DNA of 64,000 bases from Octopus sinensis (taxonomy: Eukaryota), in assembly GCF_006345805.1 (NCBI RefSeq), contig NC_043008.1, forward strand, positions 26,784,001 through 26,848,000, written 5' to 3'. Positions within the stretch are counted from its first letter, which is position 1. Each line of letters begins with the position of its first letter. Under the pieces are notes generated by a model that was not told the origin of the DNA, ran no database searches, and worked only from the letters and a program-made list of their open reading frames with translations. This document shows positions 1 through 11,945 of the stretch, piece by piece. The position numbers and the translations under genes are program-made.

Positions 1-1429
1 CTTCAGTGTAACCAAAATCCTTTCACAAATGACAAATTTTAATTCAGCTATTAAATCCACCACTAGGTAGCATGCTAATCTAGTGATTTTAACTTTCCGA
101 TGAAAAATTGCTTTCTATTCTCCATAGCTAAGTGAAACAAGAAGTAACTAAGAAGCCTTGCTCTTAGAAATAGCGCATGTGTAGTCAACTTGAATTCATT
201 ACTTATTAGCCAGATGTACCATGGCTAATATTTTTGGATATTTGCATCCAAAACTGGAATTTAAAGTATTGTATAGATGCTAATTTCCATGACTATGTTT
301 CTTTAATACAGTCTCCTGTATTGTCATATTAACGTCAATCACTTTAGAAGCCAATCGTTTAAATGATATTCTTTAGCATTTTTATTCTTCCAACTTCCTT
401 CAATATCTATTTAAAGACAATGCTATTTTCCTTTTACAACCTGAGTAATATCTATATAATTGGCTTTTCTCTATATGTGTTTGTCATTTTCTTGACAAGT
501 TAATATGCTGTACTTCCCATTGCAATTATCTACAGGATCAAATAAACTATATTAACATCTTCTCAAATACTGTTATTCAGCTCATCATCTTACAGCAGTT
601 ACCACACATTTTCCTACATACAGTTTGATCCAACTAAATTGTTTCTAAATGGTCCTAAACTCTCAATTTGTTATTTTACTGACATTCAATTTTCTTTAGC
701 TTCTCTGTTTGATATGTACAGTTGATTGGAAAATAAATACTTCTCCAATAACAATGACCGCTTTTGCTTTTATTGATCAAAACATTAGTAATATATATTA
801 TAACTGATTCCTGCACTTCCTTTGTTTTCTGTTCTACATTTACATTCCTTTGTGCACATAGAAACCTTAGGACAATTGAGAAACTGTATGTAATACAGTA
901 GCCACTTTATTGCTGTTGAAAAACATATCTTGCCAACAATGCTTCTGATGGTTGACTCTACCAGTTGTATGATGTTGACATTATACATTTAAAATAAACA
1001 AAACTAACTTTTAAATATCTTCATGTATGGCAGAGAGACAGAGATAAGGCAGTGAGATAGAAAGAATAGCATGCCACTCTTAGTACTGAATACTTACAGA
1101 CATGTACTTGATTTCACAAGAGTTATTTGCTTTCCCGATAAAGCAATTAGAAATTTTGTTGAATTCACGTAAGCATTAGTAAAACTTTGACATCTGATTA
1201 AATCCATCTTTGTCCTCTTATTGAATTATATACCACATGACAATTCAGTGAAAGTTCTTTAGTTTTGTTATTCAAGGGTTAATTCATTGTAGATCCACTT
1301 ACCTTGCAACTTGTCACTACATTTCAAAATAATCTCTTATGCATACAGCAAAACTCGAAAATATTGTTTCAAGGGATGATCAATATAAAGATGTAAATCC
1401 TTATTTCCTCTATGTGAAGTCTAAGTATT

Positions 1430-1796
1430 TTTTTATCTGTTTCATTCATAAGACTGCGACCATGCTGTGGCACCACGATGAAGAACATTTACTCAAATGA
1501 ATTGACCCCAGTACTTTTTTTTTAAGTCTGATACTTGTTCCATCAGTTTCTTTTTACTGCACCACTGAGACACAGTGATATAAACAAAGCAACACAAGTT
1601 GTCAAGCAGAAGTGGGAGACAAGAACACACACACACATGACAGACTCCTTTCAGTTTCTGCGTACCAAATCCACTCATAAGGCTTTAGTTGGCCTGAGAC
1701 TATAGTAGAAGACACTTGCCCAAGATGCCACACAGTGGGACTGAACCTGGAACAATGTAATTGGGAAACAAGCTTCTTACCACAGAGCCATGCCTG
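1430..1796 (-). mobile_element. tRNA-derived SINE (octopus-type)
   Basis: Minus strand reads CAGGCATGGCTCTGTGGTAAGAAGCTTG...GGTTCAGTCCCACTGTGTGGCATCTTGGGCAAGTGTCTTCTACTATAG, with A/B-box-like motifs. Homologous to copies at 18041, 31348, 44620 and 59001. Confidence 0.85.
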
Positions 1797-2562
1797 TCCA
1801 ACCTTCCAATTTTTACACCATTAATTTAATGAAGTTATTATCTAAATCCAGATTTCTCTCTTGTATTTCTCCCTTACTGTAAGCTAACTTCATTTAAGTT
1901 GTAGGTTAAACAGACTGTCTCTCAATAACTACAATTCATGTTAATGTTTAATTTTCATTTTTGATACCTTAGAACTAAGGCAAGCACATGTCTAATATTA
2001 ATGTATTTTTGATGTTGAATCTCACATCAAATATAAACTTGAATTATACTTTATTCAATATGCAATAAATTCACATTATATTGTTATAATTGGAAAGTCA
2101 ATACCAGGAAACATGTAGAGTGTTATTTTTTTCTTTTTCCTTCTGATTATTAATGCAATGGAACAGTCATTTTATTTTACTGAACCCATCAAATTTTCGA
2201 GAGTGTATAATAACAGCTCTTGGCTATGTATATTGTTGCTGTTTACTATCTTTGTATTACCACCATCATTATTTACTCTTGAATCTATTATATTTAATGA
2301 AACAAATGGATGTTCTGTTGAGTTAAAACAATATTGAAGATGATGGGATAATCACCATTCTTTTGAATTAATTGTTAAAATTGTAAGTGAACATTTAGAA
2401 TGCATTTATTTAGCTGGTTGTAATTTGTTATGTTACTAGTGAAATCAGTGAGAAAAATAACCTTTCATGAATTGCACAATTGTAAAAGGACTTTTACTCG
2501 AAAAGAACTCATATATTTGGGGATGGTCATTTCTGTTTCTTTCGCCAAACAACCACATGCAT

Positions 2563-2870
2563 TATATACTTTTTGTTCACTTCAGTTTTATAATTATTCT
2601 TATCTTACTATCTTTTGTGTGAAATCTTTCATCACACATCCTGTGACCTCTTCAGCAACTCTTCATGTTCTGTTTAGCCCATACTGTCTTTCTGAATGAA
2701 CTACAGTTACAGGAATTTAAAAACAAAGACAGAATGGACTAAACAGAACAGAGGAAGACATGTGGAATGGAGAGTTGCTGAAAAGATCACAGGATGTGTG
2801 ATGAAAGAATTCAGACAAAGGATACGAAAATATGAACAATAATGAACCTTAAGTGAAGTACAAGTATATA
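2563..2870. repeat. Degenerate inverted repeat; arms 2563-2691 and 2725-2870, loop about 33 bp
   Basis: TCTTTCATCACACATCCTGTGACCTCTTCAGCAACTC in the left arm matches the reverse complement of GAGTTGCTGAAAAGATCACAGGATGTGTGATGAAAGA in the right arm. The ORF track shows SFITHPV on both strands. Confidence 0.9.
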
Positions 2871-3084
2871 GTGGCAAATAAAAATAAAAAAAAATAAAAT
2901 GATAACACCCTAATATACCAATATCTGTTTCAATACATAATTCTATATGAGGAATCTTGCAAAACAAATACATAAACGTGGCTCAAGTAGAAATCTTCAG
3001 GATTAATAGTGAAAAGGCAGACATATTAATATAAATACACTGATGTGATAGTTAATAAACCAGACAGTGGCTGGTTTGTCTCTG

Positions 3085-3275
3085 ATTCATCATCATTATC
3101 ATCGTTTGTCAGCTTTCTATGCTGTCATGAGTTGGATGGTGTGACATGGAGCTGGCCATCTGGGAGGTGTCCAGACCCATTTGTCTGTTGTGGCATGGTT
3201 TCTACAGCTGGATGCTGTTCCTAATGCCAACCACTTGACAGAGTGTGCTGGGTGCTTTTTACATGTCACCAGCAC
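3085..3275 (-). mobile_element. SINE/LINE 3' tail fragment ending in (ATG)n
   Basis: Contains GGCATGGTTTCTACAGCTGGATGCTGTTCCTAATGCCAACCAC and a (CAT)n end. It is the reverse complement of the tail seen at 62540-62690. Confidence 0.7.
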
Positions 3276-4199
3276 GTGAGCATATATGCAGCATTGACAC
3301 GAATGATTTTTATGTGACATCAGCACTTGAAAAGATAAAGCAATATGTGTGGATGACAGCAATTTTAACTGATAAATATACCTGTCAATGTGCTCACATT
3401 GAGTGTGCCAACTCTAAGGGTGTGGAAGGTGTGAGTGGGGGAGACACAGGGATGGGGGACAGCATTTTGCATCTGAAAAGAAAGCTCACATGTACTTTTC
3501 TCAGACAAATTGTATAAGTGCAGAGAGGTTTCAACCTGTATTTACTTTACCATCATTTTATTACTTCACACTTGCCATGTTTACCAGGAGATAGCCACTA
3601 GATAGAGGTGAAAGTGAGGGAGAGAGCATTCCTTATAGGTTTCTGATAGAGGTTCTAGGAGAAAGACTTCTGGTAGAGGTAAAAAAGGGTGGGTTGGGCA
3701 GGTGCACTACAAATGACCAAACAGCATGGATGTCCCATTCCCTAGATAAAGCCATATAAAATATCCAAACAAAGTGAAAGCTATTATTTAATATATAGCA
3801 TGGAAAAAAGTGATGTTTTAAACATAATGTGAATGAAATAAAATAAAGCAAGGAACGAAACAAAGAAAAACAAAGAGACAAAAATTCACTAAGTTCGCTT
3901 GATGTAGCTTGCACGGCTTTTAAATTTTTGAAAATTAGAGCTACAGGAGAAAAAACAGAATGGAACATTGGGATTGCTTAACTTTTCTATAACATACAGC
4001 ATGGAAATAAACATAGCTTTATAAATAGATAATATTGGTGATATGAAATAAGTTGAGAAGCAGTTCTTTTATGTGAAAACAAAGTTGCTTATCTGAACAT
4101 TTCTTCTTCGTAACATGTCCACTCCTGGAATAGAGATTCAACATCACTAAAAGTCTTGTCAATTGATTGCAGAAAGAAGTGTTTACTAGACTGTTGAAC

Positions 4200-4780
4200 A
4201 GGTATTGACTGAGGAAACACAATGGTTCAACACCTGTGCACAACATGGCGCCCTAAACCATCACTGACATCTAGAACCTAACATTAGCTTGCCATCGGTT
4301 AAAGTTTCTATACTTCTTCTCCCTTCCAGTTTTGTAAAGTTTGCTATCATCAATAACTAACACTCAGCGCCTCTAATTAACATTCCATTTCTGCTTCTCC
4401 TTGGCCCAAGTCAACTAATTTTGATTCTATATAATGTTGTGAAGAAACTTTAGTGCTAGGCCTATATATCTCATCACTTGGAGCAGTCTCTGCATTGTGG
4501 CACTTGATGCACTAACACCTCTCTTTTTCATTTGTATGAATTCTCTTTGTAAACCAGATAATTTTCACAGTTTTCTCAAAGCAGCTGTTATCCTTCTAAC
4601 TGATGTACATCTCTCTATCATATCTTATTGGCCCAGACCATGAGGGAGAGTTGCTTCAATACAGAACTTTAGGAACAGGCATTTAGCTCTATCATGCAGA
4701 TGCTGATGTTCTAAATGCTGCTACACTTAACAATTATCTCCAACAGAACACTTGTAACCAGACCAAAGCAAAATTACAAA
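4200..4780 (-). mobile_element. Heavily decayed RTE-like LINE remnant
   Basis: Frameshifted minus-strand translations resemble the RTE post-RT region (CIEATLPHG, HQLEG, KRIHTNE). Many stops. Confidence 0.3.
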
Positions 4781-5267
4781 TTACAAATGACCTTAACTAT
4801 ACTTCAACCAATTTTATTTGTTCCATCATTTTCAAACCTTTGTATCTTAACCCATTCATGCTTCCAATTCTGAACATTAAGTGCTTGTTTAGCATTTTCA
4901 AAATAACATACAAGCATTCCTCTTAAGTAGTAAGAATTTTCACTTCATCATGGCATTCCGTAGACCACCTCTGTATGTCTCTGTATGTCTCACTCAAGCA
5001 AACACATGCACACACATGCGCAGGCACACACACACACATACTCTATTTATTTTTCTTTTCTTAAAGGGTCTCTTCCTCCCTTGATTTTCAAATTCTGTGC
5101 CCCTCTTTTCAGTTTGACAGTATTCTTATCTATAAGTAATCTCCCAGTTGTATTCTTTTCTCATCACAGTAAACCCTTCCTGTTATTTATTTATTTGCAA
5201 ACGTTTTTGTTGATTACTTTTGTTTACCACTACAAACTTGTAACTGCTTCAGTAATTATTTCACCAC

Positions 5268-5270
<3 letters not shown>

Positions 5271-5304
<34 letters not shown>
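5271..5304. repeat. (TC)n microsatellite
   Basis: Direct reading. Confidence 0.95.
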
Positions 5305-5307
<3 letters not shown>

Positions 5308-6611
5308 TATCTCAGCCAATCTGTTTTTTATATTTTCAGTAAACATCAATGAGGGACTGTCTATGTCTGTGCTTGACTGCTAGAAATAGTTGCCAAATCC
5401 TCTTATATGACACCTGACATAAAGACAATAGTTGACAATGCTGCTTTTATCTAAGACCTGCTCGTTTATAACTGGCTTGGGCCTAATCATAATTCTCTTA
5501 CCCCCAGATGAAAGATTTTCCTTCTTCCTTTTGGCAAATCAAATTACTGTGCTTCTGAACTGATTATATTAGCTTATAGGTGAAGAGTTCAAGCCCACAA
5601 TACAAGGAAATGATAATTTACTAGATTCACACAGTCGCTTCCTCCACCACTACCACCATCGCTGCTACCAACCCTATCAAGATCTCTATCATCACTACTA
5701 CCACCAACACCACTGTCTTACTTTCTCCATCATCATCACTACCACCACCACCAACAACAACAACTTCACCACCAGCAGATATTTTGCTTTGATATGATGG
5801 CATGAATAAACTCCATCCTGTTCCAATTTTAGGATATGCACACCTAAATAATAGAATGATAATCAGCGATTCTGTTTCAGCCCATCAGAAGAAATCTATT
5901 TTAATAGAAATTGTTCACCTGTTACAATAGAGCATACTGCTGCAGACTATAGGGTATTTATTGAGACATAAATTTTAAATCTTTTCGAATTAAAATAAGA
6001 TAAAGAGTCAATTGTGACAGACACTTTTCAAAATACAATGTATTGAATCATGAAATAGCAAACATGGAGAGAATTCCAAAGAGAACTAAATAGCAGTCTC
6101 ACTATGAATTTAAATAAAATGCCTTTATAAAGAGATCATCATTTTGTTGAAGGTCATATGCAGGCCAGTGTTATATGAAGAATTCATAATTGGGGATTCA
6201 CGTCAGAGCTAAGGGTAATCAGAGAAATACAATGAACAATGTATTAGTCTGAGATTTGTTAAATAAAGATAGAAATGTTAAATACTGAAATGAGACAAAT
6301 TTTGTATGCAATGTTAAGCAAGATATGATAATATACTCATCTGCCAGGCTTAATGTTCAGAGGAAATTAAAATTATCAAGTGAGATATTAAAATACTTTT
6401 ATAACTTAAGTCTAATCAGTAATATATTGTTATGTTCCTGAGGTTATCAGAGCACTGCCTAACATCATTTTAGCATTGAAATTTACGTTGTCTTTCTATT
6501 TTCTATACTTCAAGGAAATATGGTATAACATAATATAAAATGAATAAAAATCGTTGGGTGAAAGTAGGTAGAGATAGCATCATCATTTTGATATCAACAG
6601 ATCTATACTCA

Positions 6612-6925
6612 CATGGGCTGGCTAGAATTTGCTGGGGTGGGTTTTCTGTGGTTGGATGCTCTTCCTGTCACTGTCACTTACCTGTTTCTAAGTAAGGTAA
6701 TATTTCCTCAAGACCAGGTGTGTCTTCCTGGAAGATTGGAAAGGAAGGGCTCTATCTGTATGATGATGATACTCATTTACATCTGTCACATAATGTTAAG
6801 ACAAGAAGATACAAAAATATCATGGGCTTCGGTTTCTGTCTACTAAATCCACTCACAAAGCTTTGATCGACATTGCACAGTGGGACTGTACTCAAACTCA
6901 TATGGTTCAGAAGCATAATTCTTAC
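6612..6925 (-). mobile_element. Decayed SINE
   Basis: Contains AAATCCACTCACAAAGCTTTG and CACAGTGGGACTG, shared with the other SINE copies. Confidence 0.7.
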
Positions 6926-6964
6926 ATATATTGTGACACCTACAATTATATACGGTATACACAC

Positions 6965-7560
6965 CATGAAGAAATGATCAAGCTCAATAATGTTCTGTTA
7001 AGCAACAACTACCCCCAAAAGTATACTATCCACTCCAAGTATGAGGAAGAGAGAGGATGAGGCCAATAAACTGTCCACAGTCTGTCTACCCTGTGCGAAG
7101 GGCCTCTCTGAAAAGATACAAAAGATATGTGGCCCTTATGACATCAGGACATTCAACACTTCGTAAGTATCTCCTTTTGAGTAAAACCACCAATAGAAGA
7201 GAGCCTGATCAAAGACTGCATGTATTCCATCCCATGCAGCTATGGAAGGTTGTACAAAGGTGAAACATGCCACCTCCTCAAGATAAGGGTAGATGAACAT
7301 TGCCAAGCTGTGACACGAGGATATATTGATAAATCGGATATAGCTGATCATGTATGGAAAGATGGAGACCACCTCCCCCTGTGGGATGAAGTTAAAATAA
7401 CACCTCTGGAAAATATGAAAACTAAAAGAAACAGCATGTATGCTAGAACACAACAACCTCCTAAGCAGACTGAGTGCAGATATGAGCAGAATATGGGAAC
7501 CTGTATTAAGGAAGGATAGAAAAATATTAGACTTATAAACCATAAAATTCACTCCATAAT
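6965..7560 (+). mobile_element. PLE remnant (Penelope/Poseidon-type), RT C-terminus plus GIY-YIG endonuclease, frameshifted
   Basis: Translations LNNVLLSNNYP, STVCLPCAKGLSEKIQKIC and YSIPCSYGRLYKGETCHLLKIRVDEH...KSDIADHVW...LWDEVKI match the PLE GIY-YIG layout. Confidence 0.85.
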
Positions 7561-7573
7561 TGCCCACAGTCAT

Positions 7574-7808
7574 ATGGCGTAGTTAAGAGCGCGGGCTACT
7601 AACCCTAAGATTCCAATTTCAATTCCTAGCAGTGACCTAAATAATAATAATAATAATAACATCGAAAAATACCTTAGGAATGAGAACCCAGGTTCGAAAT
7701 TTCCCCAAGACACCTGAAGAAGGCTGGAGTGTATATCAGCCGAAACATGTTAACAACAAGCAAGATGAGGACAAATATCTGTCGAATGTAAATAATGTAA
7801 ATAATGTA
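7574..7808 (+). mobile_element. PLE terminal repeat: tRNA-like head, (AAT)n, hammerhead-like motif, AATGTAAAT tail
   Basis: TGGCGTAGTTAAGAGCGCGGG...TTTCAATTCC (A/B-box-like), then GACAC-CTGAAGA-AGGCTG(N10)CAGCC-GAAAC at 7709-7746. Follows the PLE ORF directly. A second copy lies at 36548-36752 on the minus strand. Confidence 0.8.
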
Positions 7809-7997
7809 TACATGTTATATAATAAAAAATTCAAAACTACGTAAATGGTGAATTAGAAAAAAATTAGAATTTGGGGTTAGAAACTATTTACTGTGGTGAT
7901 TCTTTTACTGGTGTCAGTTATTGGATAGTTGCTTTGTTGGGATATCGTCTTCAAGTCTTTCAGCAATATTTACCACATATCGAGATCGACCCACTTC

Positions 7998-8063
7998 TGA
8001 GGTGAAGCTGAAAAGTTCTTAGGCTGACTATGGAGGAACCATACTAGTGCTGTGAAATTTTGT
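7998..8063 (+). mobile_element. Solo end fragment of the mariner family at 27240-28502
   Basis: GCTGAAAAGTTCTTAGGCTGACTATGGAGG..ATACTAG..TGTGAAAT aligns with the reverse complement of 28440-28502. Confidence 0.7.
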
Positions 8064-8099
8064 GTCTGCTATTTGGATAGATGCCTGGGTGTTGAGATT

Positions 8100-8300
8100 T
8101 CTTTAATATGCCTATTTTCTCATCCAGGCATAATCCCAGAGAGATGGAACTCGACAATCTTGGCCAAGTACATATGTTCATTGAAAGAAAGTTCCATGGA
8201 ATACAACATATTGTGGAGGATATTATAGAAATGTAAAGTTCACATTTCTACCTAATGTTATATACTTCCACTACTGGTTGCATATCCTTGACAGTTTTTA
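8100..8300 (+). mobile_element. PLE endonuclease C-terminal remnant (different family)
   Basis: STILAKYICSLKESSMEYNILWRIL resembles the PLE motif T-LSKYIW-LK...Y-I-W-IL. Confidence 0.55.
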
Positions 8301-8703
8301 CAAACGACATCCACCAACATCATGAAGTAATTCCAAGCCCCACAGACTGCTGTCAGACCTTTAACACCATACTTTCTTCTCTAAATTTTCTGTGTCATTG
8401 TACTCTGTGTAAGTCTGCTCAGTAAATATATAAATATCTATATACTTTTACAGGAATACTCATCATATGAATATTTTCAGTCTTTCTTTTATCTCTATTT
8501 ACATGTATACATGCATCTGTGTTTTCTATATCTAGCCCAAGCGGTTTTATTTGTTGATATGTATATACGTATATATATGTGTGTATATATGTATATTTAT
8601 ATCCTATATATACATATAGGTGTGTATGTATATATGTATATTTAAACTACACACATATATATATATACATATACATAAATATGCATATATATTATATATA
8701 TAC

Positions 8704-8704
<1 letters not shown>

Positions 8705-8767
<63 letters not shown>
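8705..8767. repeat. (TA)n microsatellite within a TA-rich tract 8555-8767
   Basis: Direct reading. Confidence 0.95.
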
Positions 8768-8773
<6 letters not shown>

Positions 8774-8930
8774 AGAATTTACAAGAAATCAAAAGACGTA
8801 GACAGGTGTGTTAGCAACAAACAGAAACGAGAAAGTCTTTTACATTTTAAGCCTATGCTCTTTGACAGACAGGAACAAAGAAATATACAAGGAGAGAAAA
8901 TAGAAAAAGGTTTAGTGGCTAGCGATCTAT
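8768..8930 (-). mobile_element. Solo PLE pseudo-LTR, same family as 56530-56784, with a decayed hammerhead at 8836-8872
   Basis: Minus strand reads GATCGCTAGC...CTGTCAAAGAGCATAGGCTTAAAATGTAAAAGACT...ACCTGTCTACGTCTTTTG...AAATTCTCACTA followed by (TA)n. Confidence 0.75.
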
Positions 8931-8949
8931 ATATAGCCTTGTTGCTTAT

Positions 8950-8980
<31 letters not shown>

Positions 8981-8989
<9 letters not shown>

Positions 8990-10470
8990 AATAGTAAAAA
9001 GTGAAAAAACTACAGAAGGCTTGTTTTAAAAGGTTAAAAAATATATATTTGTGTCATTATGTCAGAAGAATGTTATAAATTTTTTTCATACAATGACATA
9101 GTTTTTGAAGAAATGACCGGTTTCGTGTTCAGCTTTTCAAATTTCTTACATCGTTATGTTTTCGTTGAGAAGTGTATAGGAGAGTTCCAGGTAAGGGGAG
9201 GTAATAAGTGATTTCTTCCGGTGTAAGGGAGATAATCGCTTAATATTTCTTGCCTTTTTTGGGGGGTGAGTTCCTCTGTATAAGAATGTTGGAGTGGTTA
9301 AGTTTGGGCTTATATTTTTCAATGAAGAATGTTTCCTTGTTTAGTTTAATTTGTGCTGGTGTTCCGATAGCACATTGGTAAAATGGAAAGATTAAAAATT
9401 GTGGTAATAGTTGCTTTGCGCATTTCTCAATGTGCTCACTAAAGGGTATCATTTTGTATTCTGGGAATGCAATCTGTTGTCGATGCAGTGTGCATCTACG
9501 TCTGAGTGATAGTCCCGTCGACCCCACGTAGTTTTGGTGGCAGCACGAGCATCTTATGACATAAATTATGTTTTCAAAGGCACAAGTAAAATTAGATTTG
9601 ATCTTGAATTTCTGTCCCTCTTTGAAGGGGAATTCTGATCCTTCTAGCAGGTTTGGACATGTTGCACAGTTTGGTCTACCACATTTTTTAACTTTTGCAT
9701 CCGTAATTTCAGAAAACAATTTTGCCTTTGTGAGAATCTTTTTAAGTGATTTAGGTTGTTTGTAGGTTTTAATGATTTTGTTTATTTAGAATTTCCTTTA
9801 ATTTGGGGTCCTTATGAAGTATTGGTAAATTCTGGGTGATGATGGTGAAGGCTTCTTTGTTTCTGGGGTTGTATGTAGATATGTAAGGTAGTATTTTCGG
9901 GGAAGGTGTGTTGTTGTATTGAACTTTTCTCAAAGTTTCTATCACTCAGACGTAGATGCACACTGCATCGACAACAGATTGCATTCCCAGAATACAGAAT
10001 GATACCCTTTAGTGAGCACATTGAGAAATGCGCAAAGCAACTACTACTACAATTTTTAATCTTTCCATTTTACCAATGTGCTATCGGAACACCAACACAA
10101 ATTAGACTAAACAAGGAAACATTCTTCATTGAAAAATATAAGCCCAAACTTAACCACTCCAACATTCTTATACAGAGAAACTCACCCCCCAAAAAAGGCA
10201 AGAAATATTAAGCGATTATCTCCCTTACACTGGAAGAAATCACTTATTACCTCCCCTTACCTGGAACTCTCCTTTACACTTCTCAACGAAAACATAACGA
10301 TGTAAGAAATTTTAAAAGCTGAATGTGAAACCGGTCATTTCTTCAAAAACTATGTCATTGTATGAAAAAAATTTATAACATTCTTCTGACATAATGACTC
10401 AAATATATATTTTTTAACCTATTAAAACAAGCCTTCTGTAGTTTTTTCACTTTTTACTATTTTCTATATA
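8981..10470 (-). mobile_element. Neptune-type PLE with inverted 3' duplication; arms 8981-9512 and 9939-10470
   Basis: ORF 9240-9719 has the CGRPNCATC Zn-finger-like linker and the GIY-YIG motif IIYVIRCSCCHQNYVGSTG. The 532-bp arms differ at about 14 positions by eye. Confidence 0.92.
9108..9147 (-). ncRNA. Minimal type I hammerhead ribozyme, U3-A8 core variant; second copy at 10304-10343 (+)
   Basis: AAGAAAT-TTGAAAA-GCTGAACAC-GAAA-CCGG-TC-ATTTCTT gives a 7-bp stem I, palindromic stem III (ACCGGT) and a GUC site. Confidence 0.7.
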
Positions 10471-10504
10471 TTCAACCACGTGCTTTCACACACCAACTTT
10501 CTCA

Positions 10505-10506
<2 letters not shown>

Positions 10507-10565
<59 letters not shown>
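10507..10565. repeat. (TA)n microsatellite
   Basis: Direct reading. Confidence 0.95.
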
Positions 10566-10571
<6 letters not shown>

Positions 10572-11941
10572 GCATATCTACAGAGTAATGGATATGTTGA
10601 TGAATCTGTTCAACAGGCCAAAATCCCTGGAGTCCCTGGATGCATTGAGCATTGTTTTTCCAATCTGGAAAGTAATCCAGGATGTCAAACAGAACAAGAC
10701 AAGTCTGAATATGGTATGGCTTGATCTAGCTAATGCATATGGCTCAGTGCTACACAAATTACTAATGAGAGCCATGTACCACTTCCACATTTCAGACAAA
10801 GTAACAAGATTAATGAGGATATATTATGACAGTTTCGAGATGAGGTTTACAGCTGGAGATTTTACAACATATTGGCACCTATTGGAGATTGACATTGCTG
10901 CTGGCTGCATAATATTTGCCACATGGTTTATTCTAGTCATGGAAATGATTTTGAAAGCAGTGAACTCTACAGAACAACTCGCCCATGTACAATCACCTAA
11001 GAAATCATAGATGACGTGACACTTCTGTCAACAGACAAACAAATGATGCAGAGTGCCCTCTTGAGGCTATATGAGCTTATGAAGTGGTCAAGGATGCGAT
11101 TCAGGGCAAAAAAGTTGTATCGTCTGATGTTTATTATGAGAGTATAAAAAGATGTTAAATTTCAAATAGCTGAAGAAAGCATTCCAACAGTCAATAAAGA
11201 AACTGCCAAGAGCTTGGGGTATGTATATGCTGGAATATTGTGAGATAGGAGTCATGGAATGCAAATTATGAAACAACCCAAGGATGGATTAACAGCAATA
11301 GATAACTCAAAGCTACCAGGTAAATATAAAATATGGTGCTTGCAGTTTGGCTTGTATCTGAGACTTTCATGGCCACTTTTAATATATGATGTGGCACTGT
11401 CATGAATTCAAATTATTGAACAAAAGTGTAATGTGTTCATTAGAAAGTGGCTAGGCCTCCCTTGGATACTGAACAGTTCAGCTCTCTATCGTAAAAGAGG
11501 CTCATTGCAGTTACCACTGGCGTCAATAGTCGAAATTTATAAACTAGGGAAGGTACGGTAATGATGCTGAGAGAGTTGAAGGATATAGAAATCAGGTGTA
11601 ATCCACCAAATATAAAAGCAGCCAGGAAGTGGAAAGCAGAAGCAGAGACTGATGACATTCTGTCTTACACACCAAGATATGGTGGGTGCAATGCAAATTC
11701 ATTGGAAGGGATTTGGTTTTAGTTCAGATCGGTTCAGACTGATTGCATGTATGATGCAGGGTGAACACAGATCTGTTGTTAGCAACAACAGCAAAACAAG
11801 GGAAACAGAGAGAAGAAAACTGCCTTTGATCCAATATGCTAAACGAGGATAGATGATGAAATGGGAGAAACATTTTGTTGAGAGAAAAATAAGTTGGAAT
11901 GAGACATGGAGGTGGAGCACATCTCGGCTAAGTTTTCTAAT
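10572..11941 (+). mobile_element. HERO-like non-LTR retrotransposon fragment (RT region), decayed
   Basis: GVPGCIEH, VWLDLANAYGSVLHKL, AAGC...WFILVMEMIL and KYKIWCLQFGLY. Inverted copy of 12294-13619. Confidence 0.85.
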
Positions 11942-11945
11942 TTTT

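Noticed and set aside
785-988. 67-aa minus-strand ORF as a host exon or LINE endonuclease
   Set aside because: No convincing motif or splice context.
7574-7637. Genuine tRNA gene (also considered for 58670-58740)
   Set aside because: No complete cloverleaf or acceptor stem, and the sequence continues into repeat bodies.
8579-9004. ORFs with YI, HT, CV or SL runs (also at 10480, 32684, 41915, 56704 and 61410)
   Set aside because: They are translations of microsatellites.
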